Source of the DNA: an uncultured archaeon
GTDB taxonomy: Archaea; Asgardarchaeota; Thorarchaeia; Thorarchaeales; Thorarchaeaceae
DNA: 64,000 nucleotides
Assembly (NCBI GenBank): GCA_964458565.1
Contig: CAYWJO010000009.1
Span: 1 to 64,000, forward strand
Direction of reading: 5' to 3'
Shown: piece by piece, positions 9,354 to 19,341 of the stretch
Layout: each line of letters begins with the position of its first letter
Numbering within the stretch: the first letter of the stretch is position 1
The notes under the pieces: generated by a model
Seen by the model: the letters and a program-made list of their open reading frames with translations, nothing else
Database searches by the model: none
What the model was told of the DNA's origin: nothing
Made by a program: the position numbers and the translations under genes

Positions 9354-11423
9354 TTAAGCTGCTTTGCTTCCCGGAGGAAGATCCTCAAGAGTTACAGGTA
9401 TCCATTTACCGGGTTGATCTGCTTTCTCAACTGCAAGGATCATTCCTTTACTCTCGATTCCACCAATCTTCTTTGGTTCAAGATTGACTAAGAACAGTGC
9501 TGTCTTACCTCGAAGTTCTTCAGGTGTGTACTGATCTGCAAGACCTGTAACGATTGTACGGGTCTCATAACCAATGTCTACCTTCAGTTCTAGTAGTTTG
9601 TCCTTTTTTGGAACCTTTGTGCATTCTAGTATCAGTCCTGCACGCAGGTCTATCTTCTTGAATTCCTCGAATGAAACTGGCTCTTGTTCTGTTGGCACTT
9701 CAGTATCACCTCGCTCTTTGGCCTCAGCTGACTTCACTCTCTTTGAGATGATGCCATTAAGCTCTTCTAGTAATTTATCATCTATTTTATCAATCACAGG
9801 TTTTGGAGGTTTCAGCTTTGCACCTACTTCTGGGGGTACAAGCGCGTCATCAAGAACTGTATCATGAACTTCCGAACCATTGAATCCGAGCTGTGACCAA
9901 ATTTCCTCTGCCACACCTGGCATGAATGGATCAATCAACACTGCAAGCGCTTTGGTGAGAGCTATTGCATTATACAATACCTTTCCAGCTTTGTCCTTAT
10001 CTTCCTTAACAAGCTTCCATGGCTGGTTTGATTGGAAATACTCATTACCAATGGATGCTAGTCGTAGGACTTCGTCACTCACTTTCTTGAGTTCGTATTC
10101 ATTCACAGCTGTAGAGATGACCTCGATAGCATTTTCAATATCTTTCTTCAACTTCGGATCCAGCTCACCCTGTGGAACTACACTAAAATGTTTGTGGGTG
10201 AAATGGAGACCTCGATATATGAAATTGCCAAAGGTTGCAACGAGTTCGTTATTCACCTTGTCTGCAAGAGCCTCAAAACTAAAGTCAAGATCTTTCGTCT
10301 GACTCGTTCCTGCAGTTATGAAGTACCTGAGGTAGTCTGGATTTAGTCCTCTATCTAGATAGTCATCCTTGATCCAGACGACATAACCTCTACTCCGACT
10401 GAAGTTGTGGTTCTGAATCTTGACCATACCCGATGCAACGATTGCAGATGGAAGGTTGTATCCGCTAGCTTTTAGCATTGAAGGCCAGAAGATGCAGTGA
10501 TGGTGAACGATATCTAATCCTATATAATGGATTATCTTACTATTTCCAAGCTTCCAATATTTCTCCCATTCATCAGGTTTTCCTATTTTCTTCGACCACT
10601 GCTCCGTACTGGATATGTAATGAATAGGCGCATCAACCCAGACATAGAGAGTAAGGCTTTCATCGCCTGGGTACTTTATCCCCCATTCAAGGTCTCTAGT
10701 TATGCACCAATCTTTGAGACCCTCTTGCAACCAACCCAAAGCGAAATTCTTGGCATTCTTCGTTCCGTCAACATCTTGTAAGAATTTCTTAAGGAAATCC
10801 TCAAACTGACTAAGTTTGAAGTAGTAGTGGGTACGTTTGATTTTCTTTGTAGGAGCTCCACAGATTGCGCATCTTGGATTAAGAATCTCACCTGGTTCAA
10901 GATATCTGCCGCATCCTTGATCACATTCGTCACCACGGGCATCAGCATGACAATAGGGGCATTCACCACGCACAAACCTATCTGGTAGTGAGCGTTTGCA
11001 ATTTCCACAATATGGTGTTTCAAGCTCTTTGGGATAGATGTAATCATTCTTCTGCCATTCTTTCACTATCTGAATTGTTCTATCCACATTCTCTTTATCG
11101 TTTGTTGTCCCATAGTTGTCGAATAGAATATTCAGTTTTGGAAATATCTCTAGATAATGCTGATGATTTCTCGTGTAAAGTTCCTTTGGTGTGACGCCTT
11201 CCTGTTCAGCTGTGGTCAGGATTGGAGTTCCATGTGTATCTGATCCACAGACAAAGGTGACGTCCACTCGCATCTTCTTTAAGAGCCTGACAAAGACATC
11301 GGCTGGCACATATGTGCGGAGGTGACCGATGTGCATCTCCCCACTAGCGTAGGGTAGTCCGCATGTCACAAGTACTGGGTCTTTAGTTGGGTAATTACTC
11401 AGTTTTATCACGCTCCTCTGCAT
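9354..11423 (-). CDS. metG: Methionine--tRNA ligase with C-terminal tRNA-binding domain
   Basis: LPYASGEMHIGH, Zn knuckle, YVWVDA, FSRSRG (KMSKS equivalent), C-terminal OB fold. Confidence 0.97.
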   Translation of the reverse strand: MQRSVIKLSNYPTKDPVLVTCGLPYASGEMHIGHLRTYVPADVFVRLLKKMRVDVTFVCGSDTHGTPILTTAEQEGVTPKELYTRNHQHYLEIFPKLNILFDNYGTTNDKENVDRTIQIVKEWQKNDYIYPKELETPYCGNCKRSLPDRFVRGECPYCHADARGDECDQGCGRYLEPGEILNPRCAICGAPTKKIKRTHYYFKLSQFEDFLKKFLQDVDGTKNAKNFALGWLQEGLKDWCITRDLEWGIKYPGDESLTLYVWVDAPIHYISSTEQWSKKIGKPDEWEKYWKLGNSKIIHYIGLDIVHHHCIFWPSMLKASGYNLPSAIVASGMVKIQNHNFSRSRGYVVWIKDDYLDRGLNPDYLRYFITAGTSQTKDLDFSFEALADKVNNELVATFGNFIYRGLHFTHKHFSVVPQGELDPKLKKDIENAIEVISTAVNEYELKKVSDEVLRLASIGNEYFQSNQPWKLVKEDKDKAGKVLYNAIALTKALAVLIDPFMPGVAEEIWSQLGFNGSEVHDTVLDDALVPPEVGAKLKPPKPVIDKIDDKLLEELNGIISKRVKSAEAKERGDTEVPTEQEPVSFEEFKKIDLRAGLILECTKVPKKDKLLELKVDIGYETRTIVTGLADQYTPEELRGKTALFLVNLEPKKIGGIESKGMILAVEKADQPGKWIPVTLEDLPPGSKAA

Positions 11424-11666
11424 TCTTTAAGGGTCGAAAATTCTGCTTCGCGCTGAACTTGAAAGGTATGTAACAAGAAGGCAGGAGACCTATTCTGTAG
11501 AGTCGTCTGCAATAGTTCTTCTGTTGAAATTGTTGTTCTATCGTTACCTTGAAGCTTATTTCCCGCCTTAGAATGCTAGAAGTGTGCTTGAATCAATAGA
11601 ATATAACTGTTTGCTCAAGTATGTGGATTGTGTCTTTAAAGATGCCAAATTGCTCCTGTTTCTAAC

Positions 11667-11712
11667 AAATGCATACGCGAATTCAGATTTTATCCTGCAA
11701 TCGTATGCATTT
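11667..11712. repeat. 11-bp inverted repeat AAATGCATACG/CGTATGCATTT with 24-nt spacer
   Basis: Read directly in the metG/phosphoesterase intergenic region. Confidence 0.55.
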
Positions 11713-11737
11713 CTTGTTTTGTTTACATATCAAAGGA

Positions 11738-11761
11738 ATTTTGGAACACGTGTTCCAAAAT
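11738..11761. promoter_or_regulatory. Perfect 24-bp palindrome ATTTTGGAACACGTGTTCCAAAAT
   Basis: Exact self-complementarity in divergent promoter region. Confidence 0.6.
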
Positions 11762-11920
11762 AATCAATTCATTCCTATTAGTGAAATTCTGTTTTATAAA
11801 AGGAAACGCGGTGTGCTGATTCCCTTGTAGATGATGACATAATGAGAGGAAGAACTATATTGAACCTCTGGAATAGCTAGGTCTTAATAAGATGAGAGTT
11901 TCATAATTGAGGTCTTTCTA

Positions 11921-13054
11921 ATGCAAACATTTCAGAAAAAGATTGGGCTTATAGTTTTGATTGGAATACTGTCAACGCACTTTCTTGGATTCTATCCTGC
12001 AATAGCAAACGTTCCAGAAATCGCTGATGAGATGTCTTTCAACTTTATAGCTTATGGTGATACAAGAGGTGATGGGGTTCCAGTATCACCTCTCCACGAT
12101 GACATCATTGAAGACTACTTGGCATTCAATCCTGAACTCATAATTCATTCTGGTGATCTTGCATATCATGGTGGTGAATGGTATCAATGGTTGGAGTTCA
12201 ATGAATCAATGACTGCAGTTTGGGAATCTGGTATACCTTTCTATGTTGCACCAGGCAATCATGAGATGTATACGGATGACTGGGTGAATGACCCAACATT
12301 CACCAACTATACTCTGTATGTTGATTATGAAGACATTGCTGCAGCTTGTGGAGGAACAGAACTCTACTACTCTTTTGATTATAATGAAGTACACTTTGTA
12401 ATCCTCAACACAGAGCATGATTGGATTGACGGTGAATTCCAACTCTCATCAGAGCAAATGAGTTGGGTAGAAGCAGATTTGGGCAATGTAGAAAATGAAA
12501 CATTCGTAGTTGTTACCTTTCACCGTCCTGCATACTCTGCCAGAGGTGGTGGTCTCCCTTCGTCAATCCAGAAAGAGCTTCACGACTTCTTTGTTAGAGA
12601 AGATGTGGATCTTATTTTCAATGGACATGATCATATGTACTATCGGACAGAGAGAGATGGCATTTTCTATGTTGTGACTGGTGGTGGAGGTGCTCCACTA
12701 CATGATTATAATGATACTGGACTCACTTGGCAAGAGGGAGATTTTGCTGCAAAAGAACATCATTTCTGCAATGTAGAGGTTAATACGACCCATGTGGTAG
12801 TATATGCATATTCACTCAATGGGACTATCTTGGATTCCTTCTTCATCGAGAAACCGTTAATCTCTATATCAACTACAACTATTCCTTCTACAAGCACATC
12901 AAGTGAAACGACCGCAATTCAAACGACAACAACTACAACAACGAGCGAAACAATTTCGTCTCCAACAGGAAATATGGGGCTTATTTCGATACTAATTGCT
13001 GGAGGTATTATGTTAGTTCTCGTAGTCATTATCGTTATAAAAAAACGGTCGTAA
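11921..13054 (+). CDS. Surface-anchored metallophosphoesterase (purple acid phosphatase-like)
   Basis: Signal peptide; GD, GDLAY, GNHE, GHDH motifs; Thr/Ser linker, C-terminal TM and KKRS tail. Confidence 0.9.
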   Translation: MQTFQKKIGLIVLIGILSTHFLGFYPAIANVPEIADEMSFNFIAYGDTRGDGVPVSPLHDDIIEDYLAFNPELIIHSGDLAYHGGEWYQWLEFNESMTAVWESGIPFYVAPGNHEMYTDDWVNDPTFTNYTLYVDYEDIAAACGGTELYYSFDYNEVHFVILNTEHDWIDGEFQLSSEQMSWVEADLGNVENETFVVVTFHRPAYSARGGGLPSSIQKELHDFFVREDVDLIFNGHDHMYYRTERDGIFYVVTGGGGAPLHDYNDTGLTWQEGDFAAKEHHFCNVEVNTTHVVVYAYSLNGTILDSFFIEKPLISISTTTIPSTSTSSETTAIQTTTTTTTSETISSPTGNMGLISILIAGGIMLVLVVIIVIKKRS

Positions 13055-13159
13055 CATTTGTGAAAAGCTCTGAGTCCTCCTGCATCTCTATTAAAGCATC
13101 ATCTTCTCCATCATAAAGAATCTCATAGAACTATTTCGACTTTTTTTAAATCAAAGAAA

Positions 13160-13280
13160 TGAAGTGAGGAGGAGAGGTGTGGGTGGAGCCGGGGAGGACC
13201 ACCCACTGTGTCTCTGCCCTTGCCGGGAGGCGCTTGTGCGGAGACAGCAAAAACGACCTCATTGTGAAATGAGGAGCATA
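13160..13280. ncRNA. Candidate three-hairpin structured RNA with repeated GCCGGG(G)AGG loops
   Basis: Stems 13179-13206, 13209-13246 and 13257-13274; strongly GC-rich relative to surroundings; strand uncertain. Confidence 0.55.
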
Positions 13281-13285
13281 ATATT

Positions 13286-13426
13286 TCATGAACTAGCGTA
13301 TAAGGCTCTAAGACTCTGAGCATCGGAGTCAGTTGGTTCGCGATCGCTGTCTAGTAATCCGTATAGTACATGGAGGACTTCAGCATTTTTCTGAAGAGTT
13401 GAGGTCGGTCCTGCTTCATTGCTCAT
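13286..13426 (-). CDS. Small 46-aa protein (MSNEAGPTSTLQKNAEVLHVLYGLLDSDREPTDSDAQSLRALYASS)
   Basis: GGAGA RBS before ATG 13426; lies inside ORF 13286..13510. Confidence 0.5.
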   Translation of the reverse strand: MSNEAGPTSTLQKNAEVLHVLYGLLDSDREPTDSDAQSLRALYASS

Positions 13427-13658
13427 TTTCGTTCTCTCCGGATTGTACCCTTCTATTATGGTACAACTTACCTCTACTTCCACTGAATTTCTATATAAGG
13501 TTGCGTGCAATGCTAACCCTCTCTACGTAATATCCACAGGATATGGTGATATTCCTCTGGAAATATAGTAAAATAATACCTCTAAAGAGGGAATAGTCTG
13601 GTTTTACAACGCCTAATCAAAGTCGTTCCATAAGAACAGAAGGGGAGAGGGAGGTCAT

Positions 13659-16600
13659 CTAGAGTGAGTCTTCTTCCTCAAACAAACCCCAATCCACAGT
13701 ATCGTGAGTGTGTATCTCAGGATCTTGACAGGGTACAATTAGCTCTTGTTTTATTGCATCCAATATATTCAGACACGCCTCGGCTTCACTCATACCACAA
13801 TCTGTCATATTACGAGCAAGATGGATTGGTCGTGCACATTCTTGTATTCCAGTTTCAAGCATTACGGTTTCCAAACACCTGAACCTCTTAGGAAATACTT
13901 CTGCAGTCCCACGCTTGTAGTAATATAGTAAGTATCCATCCATAATGTCTTCAAAGTAGTCATCGAGCATCATTATACTTTGGCTATCTAGGGTTTCGTA
14001 GGGTGCTTCTTCGAGAGTGGAATCAAGTGTCACTCCCACTGATTTGGCATATTTCACCATTAGCTTCTCTTGAGCCATGGAAGCTGGAGAGATTGTAATG
14101 AATGCACAGATGAGATTCAGTGTGGGTACAATGCGGATAATATCTGAAATCGGGATCACTTCCCAAATCCAGTCCTCTTCAGATTTATCCAATTCTCCAC
14201 GAAAGTGAGTGATAGCTGTAATGAAGGCGGATATCATGCTCTCTTCAAATCCACCTTTGAGTATATTTGAATAGACTGCAAGACCACTCTTCTTATGTAA
14301 CACAATAATTCCAATCAAACTATCAACATCATCGAATCTCTTCTTAGCAGCCAGGGCTCTTTGGAATTTCTCAGCTTCTCTCTTTCTATAAACTCTGTAA
14401 CTTGAACCAACTACCAATCCAATGAAACCAATCAATGCTATTGGAGGTGTATATTGAGTGAGAATTACTTGTAGGGGATAATCAGGTGGATATCGTTGAA
14501 ATATTGGTTGACTGAACGCTGTTTCAAGGGTGTGGAATTGCTTATTCAGAGTGATGTTCAACCTATAGTTACTACCATCGGACCAAGCTGGTCTGATTTC
14601 TATTGTATAATTTCCCTCTAAGTCTGAATTCTCAGGAATAATTCCAGAATCTGCTTCAATTTGATTAACAAACAAACGATATGTCAGTATTGCCCCGGTA
14701 ACTAGATAGCCATTATCATCTTCAAGAGTCAGAGTGATTTTCAAAGGTTTGCCCCACTCCCACTCCAATGGATTCATCTCAATATAGACAGAAATTGGCC
14801 TGACACTGATTGAGAATGAAAACTTCCTATATTGATATCCCTCTTTGACAAATGTAATCTCAGGTGAATATGTTCCTATATCATAAGCACTAATGGTGAG
14901 ATTATAGTAGCCATTTCCTACGTCAACAACTGATACCCACTCAGAGAGAATTCCACTTATAGTCACTGCAGCTCCTACTATACCGCTCTCGTTTTCAGCA
15001 AATGAATACTTGAATTGCAGTATAGCTGATCTTCCATAAACTAAATCTGCATTGGAATCAAGTCGTGTAATAACAGCTGGTATTTGATTGACCTTAACGG
15101 TTAATTCAATTGTTTGAGTCTGATAATTTGGTTTTGTAAATTTAATAATCAAATCCCAGTGACCAATCATGTCACCAACAAAAGTAATGATATAGATGTC
15201 ATCTACAAAACGGATACTTGAACTAATATTCTCAAAAGTTAGGAAACTAATTCCAACAGATGCTTCTGAAATGTTGGCACCATTATCTATTCTTTCAAAT
15301 AATACTGAAATCTGGACACTACTAAGATATTCAATATTTGTATCAGGAAAACCACCAATTAGGGTGTATCTTGTTTCTATATTTGTCACCTGTAATGTGA
15401 ATGCAGCGGAAGCATCAAGATAATCATCTACAGTAGCCCTAAACACGATTTGGTATGAACCTATTTCATATGGTATAATATTGATTGAATACATTCCATC
15501 TCCAAGTTCTTGTAAACTTGAGAATCCTAGATTCTGTGGAACGTTAAGCGGTTCGATTGTTGCAAATTCTATCCCCCCATTCATTGCACTACTAAAATTA
15601 AAAACTAGATTGCATGTTTGGTCTATTGAAATGCTCGAGGGAGGTTCAATTATAGTCAAGCTAGATGCTATCTTTGGCGCGTTGATTGTAAACGGTATGA
15701 TCTGTTCTTGATGATTGAGCACCTCGGCTCTAGCTAATAGAGTGTAGGTTCCAGATGATGTAGGTGTTAAAACCACTGAATAATCTCCTTGTCCAACTTG
15801 GGTCACATTAGTGTAAATAATGCCTATACTGGGTGTCATGGAAATAACTGAGATTGTCGCATTCACAAGCCCTGAACCTGATGAATTCTCGTATCTTAAC
15901 ACGAGTCTGTAAGTCTGTCCTATTTGTGATAATCCTCCCGTTCCATTCAGAGAATAAAAGTCTGTTCCAATTTTTCCTACTGACAGGAAGAAACCATCTT
16001 CTGCTTCTTCGTAATAGTCCTTCCAAGCAGTGACTATTACCTCGTATGTTCCTGATTGGAGTGATGTTATGTTGAATGAATAAGTTCCAGGACCCGCCTG
16101 TTTAGGTTCATCTATGAATAATCCTTCTGGTTTTTCGGGAACCACAATAGAGATATTAGCATCATCAATACCGATTCCAAAACGATCCTTGTATTCAAAG
16201 GTTGCCTCGAATGTTGAAAACAGATTCATACCAGCTGAGGATTGAAGAAGTGTCAAGGAATTATCAATTAAATTAACAGTAATAGTAAATGTGCAATTTG
16301 CATAATCATAGTATGGAAGAGATGCATTCACCAGAGTTGTATATACACCCCCATCTGCAAGGTCAGTTTCAAAATCACCCTCCCATCTATTTTTAATTTC
16401 ATTAGGGCTGAATGGTACAATTGATCCAGACCAATTGGCTTGAATTGATGCATCTGGATTCATCAGATATTCGCCATTATCTGCATCTCTAAATCTAACA
16501 AATCCTGTTACCAATTCATCAATACCCGATTCTGCAAGTATGCTGGGATTTATTGCTTCGAGGTAACTTGCATGATATAGTGCAAATTGCGAGGAAGAAT

Positions 16601-18536
16601 ATCCTATTTCTGTTCCGTTTTTCCAAAATACTTCTACTGACCATTCACCCGCAGTTGTATTTGAAGGACCCAAGACATGTGCACTACTGTTTATCTCACC
16701 TTGGACTCCTCCATTTAGACTTTCTTGGACCCATATGGAGCTATTAGGGTATTTCCAGCTCACATTGACTGCATTGAGCGAAGAAGGTGTAGACGTTGCT
16801 GTACCAATAGAAATCGAAACTTGTGTGGTATTTGTACTTCTATACACACCTGCAATTTCCCATCCACCTAACGTGAGTTTTTGTGTTTGAATTGACTGAA
16901 CATAATTAGGTGCCTGAAAAGTTATGTCCCACCAACCCAAGCGTGACGTGAGACTCTGTGGTATCCAGACCTCACTATCTGAAATAATACACTGTGAGGT
17001 CACATCCATAAGAAATGGATCATATACTATAAGATTGGTCCAATCATGAGGATATCTTAGGGCTAGACTCAGATTCTCATACTCTCCAAGCGATCCAATA
17101 TAGGTGTGAGCTGACAATTCAGGAACATGATTACAGTCTATAATATACGCTACTCCATTCAATTGCTGTCTAGAGGTTGAGGACGAGTTGCTGAATCTAT
17201 GAGAACGTAAACGTGCTTCATAATTGAATGATACACTTGTGTTTGAAGTTATGTAAACTGTGATTGGACTCTCTCTCCAATATGATGCATTCACAATTGA
17301 TGCACTAAATTCCCCAGATACTCCCGTAATGGGTACAGTAGTAGATTCTACTGAGAACTCGAGTTCCACATCACTTGCATTAGGTGGAGTAGCTTTGATG
17401 AATGAAAATTCATCGATGAATACAGTGATGTACACTGCATTGCCTATACCATCTGCGAGGTGAAGTGGGTCACCATCATAATCATGTCTTATGTCAAGAA
17501 TCATGGTTTCATCAATAAACAATCCAAATTCGAGAAGAAATGAACTTGGAGCTCCGCTGATATGAATCGGGATATCCCCAGTATTCTCCCACAAACCTCT
17601 CTGTGTAAGTAGAAGTAAGCTCATGTTCCAAATAGAAGAACCATCAACCATTAGTTGTAGGGTGCAATTGCCCCCTGGAAATGGATCCAACCCGTATGGG
17701 CTATCAATCGGTCCCCTTAGATAGAAGTAATCCAGATTGAGCATGAAGTCCTCTGTATAGGGAGCATTGTCAATTGTTTGCGACCACGCTACATACGTTC
17801 CTGCAGTATGCCCAAACTCCTTTTGACCTACCTTACCTCCCTGATTCTCAACAATGATATATCGAGATCCCGATGTATCATATCCCGCAAGCTGTAATTC
17901 ATCTTCATAAATCCCTGATCTATCACTATCTGCATCCCATCCGAGTGGATGATAAGTAACATTACCCGCTGTTGGCATTAGATTTGAACCTGAAATACCT
18001 TCATCAAAGCTCCCATTAACCGCATAGAGTCTTTCTAAATTCCAAACATCAACTCCAGCTTGGCTACCCATCCAATCGTGAATGGTATCTATTGGCAAGT
18101 CAGTGCTTTCGAGTGGATTTGTATCGGTTTTTGCGCTAAGATTGCCAGATGTTACAAAAGCCTGTTGTTCAACTTCAATTGGGTCTAAGATTCCCGTCAA
18201 AATGTCTGATGATGTGAGGTATGAATTTGGATTATTTGGACCATTTGTGTTATCATAAAGAATAACAGAATCTAATTTCTTACCTAGAGTCATATCCTCA
18301 AGGCTTCCGGTAAATGATGGAACTGTAGCCACCATTACTAGAAGGGCAAGTGCAAGGATAATACGACCCCTCAAAGGTATATCTTGACTCCTTTCAGCTC
18401 TTTTCCTGTTATTCCTCAAACCCATGGAATATAGGCTTTTTTCTGTAGTGGCTTTTCTGGTAGTAAACGAGGTGAATCTAGTTATATCAATCTTCGTCAT
18501 ATGAATACAATTCGGAAAATCAATCTCCATTACCAT
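13659..18536 (-). CDS. Giant single-pass surface protein: beta-sandwich repeats, TM, cytoplasmic longin-like and winged-helix-like tail (start possibly 18425)
   Basis: Signal-like N-terminal helix, repeated G.Y beta modules, TM PPIALIGFIGLVVG, tail GIIVLHKKSGLAVYS...MISAFITAITHF. Confidence 0.8.
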   Translation of the reverse strand: MVMEIDFPNCIHMTKIDITRFTSFTTRKATTEKSLYSMGLRNNRKRAERSQDIPLRGRIILALALLVMVATVPSFTGSLEDMTLGKKLDSVILYDNTNGPNNPNSYLTSSDILTGILDPIEVEQQAFVTSGNLSAKTDTNPLESTDLPIDTIHDWMGSQAGVDVWNLERLYAVNGSFDEGISGSNLMPTAGNVTYHPLGWDADSDRSGIYEDELQLAGYDTSGSRYIIVENQGGKVGQKEFGHTAGTYVAWSQTIDNAPYTEDFMLNLDYFYLRGPIDSPYGLDPFPGGNCTLQLMVDGSSIWNMSLLLLTQRGLWENTGDIPIHISGAPSSFLLEFGLFIDETMILDIRHDYDGDPLHLADGIGNAVYITVFIDEFSFIKATPPNASDVELEFSVESTTVPITGVSGEFSASIVNASYWRESPITVYITSNTSVSFNYEARLRSHRFSNSSSTSRQQLNGVAYIIDCNHVPELSAHTYIGSLGEYENLSLALRYPHDWTNLIVYDPFLMDVTSQCIISDSEVWIPQSLTSRLGWWDITFQAPNYVQSIQTQKLTLGGWEIAGVYRSTNTTQVSISIGTATSTPSSLNAVNVSWKYPNSSIWVQESLNGGVQGEINSSAHVLGPSNTTAGEWSVEVFWKNGTEIGYSSSQFALYHASYLEAINPSILAESGIDELVTGFVRFRDADNGEYLMNPDASIQANWSGSIVPFSPNEIKNRWEGDFETDLADGGVYTTLVNASLPYYDYANCTFTITVNLIDNSLTLLQSSAGMNLFSTFEATFEYKDRFGIGIDDANISIVVPEKPEGLFIDEPKQAGPGTYSFNITSLQSGTYEVIVTAWKDYYEEAEDGFFLSVGKIGTDFYSLNGTGGLSQIGQTYRLVLRYENSSGSGLVNATISVISMTPSIGIIYTNVTQVGQGDYSVVLTPTSSGTYTLLARAEVLNHQEQIIPFTINAPKIASSLTIIEPPSSISIDQTCNLVFNFSSAMNGGIEFATIEPLNVPQNLGFSSLQELGDGMYSINIIPYEIGSYQIVFRATVDDYLDASAAFTLQVTNIETRYTLIGGFPDTNIEYLSSVQISVLFERIDNGANISEASVGISFLTFENISSSIRFVDDIYIITFVGDMIGHWDLIIKFTKPNYQTQTIELTVKVNQIPAVITRLDSNADLVYGRSAILQFKYSFAENESGIVGAAVTISGILSEWVSVVDVGNGYYNLTISAYDIGTYSPEITFVKEGYQYRKFSFSISVRPISVYIEMNPLEWEWGKPLKITLTLEDDNGYLVTGAILTYRLFVNQIEADSGIIPENSDLEGNYTIEIRPAWSDGSNYRLNITLNKQFHTLETAFSQPIFQRYPPDYPLQVILTQYTPPIALIGFIGLVVGSSYRVYRKREAEKFQRALAAKKRFDDVDSLIGIIVLHKKSGLAVYSNILKGGFEESMISAFITAITHFRGELDKSEEDWIWEVIPISDIIRIVPTLNLICAFITISPASMAQEKLMVKYAKSVGVTLDSTLEEAPYETLDSQSIMMLDDYFEDIMDGYLLYYYKRGTAEVFPKRFRCLETVMLETGIQECARPIHLARNMTDCGMSEAEACLNILDAIKQELIVPCQDPEIHTHDTVDWGLFEEEDSL

Positions 18537-19338
18537 TCACAACTAATTGCCCCTGAGCAATCACATCGTGTTTGTGAATACTCTCAAGAGACCTAGCTTC
18601 GGCATAAACCTCTAGATTTCTTTCTGAGAAAACTTCCTTCGCTCCTTGCAGAATATTCCTGCAGACATCCTCAACAAAAAGAGGATTTTCATGCATGGCT
18701 TTTGTAACATGAATCTCATCCTCTAGTTTGAGAATAGAATATGTCTTACTCGAAAATGAATTCTCTATGATCTCTATCATAGACCCATATGTAGGGATGT
18801 CCTGTGTTAATCCCACCACACGCAACGTTCCACACGCCCTCTGCATATGCGTATAACCATCGTTGTTCGCCATGCAATGAGGACAGACGGTGTTTCCAAT
18901 GACTTTCACAGATACATCATGTTTTATTGGGACATTCTCTACCATGAGTGTACTTGCTCTTACATCACAGACTTCCCAAGTACGTTTCTTCGAAACTGGT
19001 GTCTTGCTTGTGTAGCCAAATTCAAAATCAAATCGAATCTCTCCATGTTTAAATGCATGAAGTTTTTGAAGTGCATTGAGGATTTGTATCTGCAATTCCT
19101 CTATAGATTTGTATACACTGAATTCATCACTAATGACCTCAGTCATTGACTCAACCAGTCTTGACATGTGGATTCCCTTAAGGTCTGCGGGGAGATCGAT
19201 GGTCATCTCAATCGTTGGAATAATATGATGTCGAAGACCACTACGTTCGGTAATTATGAATGTCTTGAGATTCTTGACACCAACCCTCTTGAGCTGAATC
19301 CGATGTTTTGGAGTCTCATTCTGAGTATCTACAACCAA
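18520..19338 (-). CDS. mptA: GTP cyclohydrolase FolE2/MptA family
   Basis: VGV, GIHMSR, CPHC, HMQR, NPLFVEDVCR, ESIHKHD. Confidence 0.88.
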   Translation of the reverse strand: MVVDTQNETPKHRIQLKRVGVKNLKTFIITERSGLRHHIIPTIEMTIDLPADLKGIHMSRLVESMTEVISDEFSVYKSIEELQIQILNALQKLHAFKHGEIRFDFEFGYTSKTPVSKKRTWEVCDVRASTLMVENVPIKHDVSVKVIGNTVCPHCMANNDGYTHMQRACGTLRVVGLTQDIPTYGSMIEIIENSFSSKTYSILKLEDEIHVTKAMHENPLFVEDVCRNILQGAKEVFSERNLEVYAEARSLESIHKHDVIAQGQLVVNGNGD

Positions 19339-19341
19339 TCA

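Noticed and set aside
12865-12965. ACA/ACT-rich tandem repeat
   Set aside because: Simply encodes the Thr/Ser linker of an anchored surface enzyme.
13160-13280. tRNA, SRP RNA, RNase P RNA or 5S rRNA
   Set aside because: No cloverleaf or TTCGA loop, no SRP helix-8 motif, no RNase P GAGGAAAGUCC motif.
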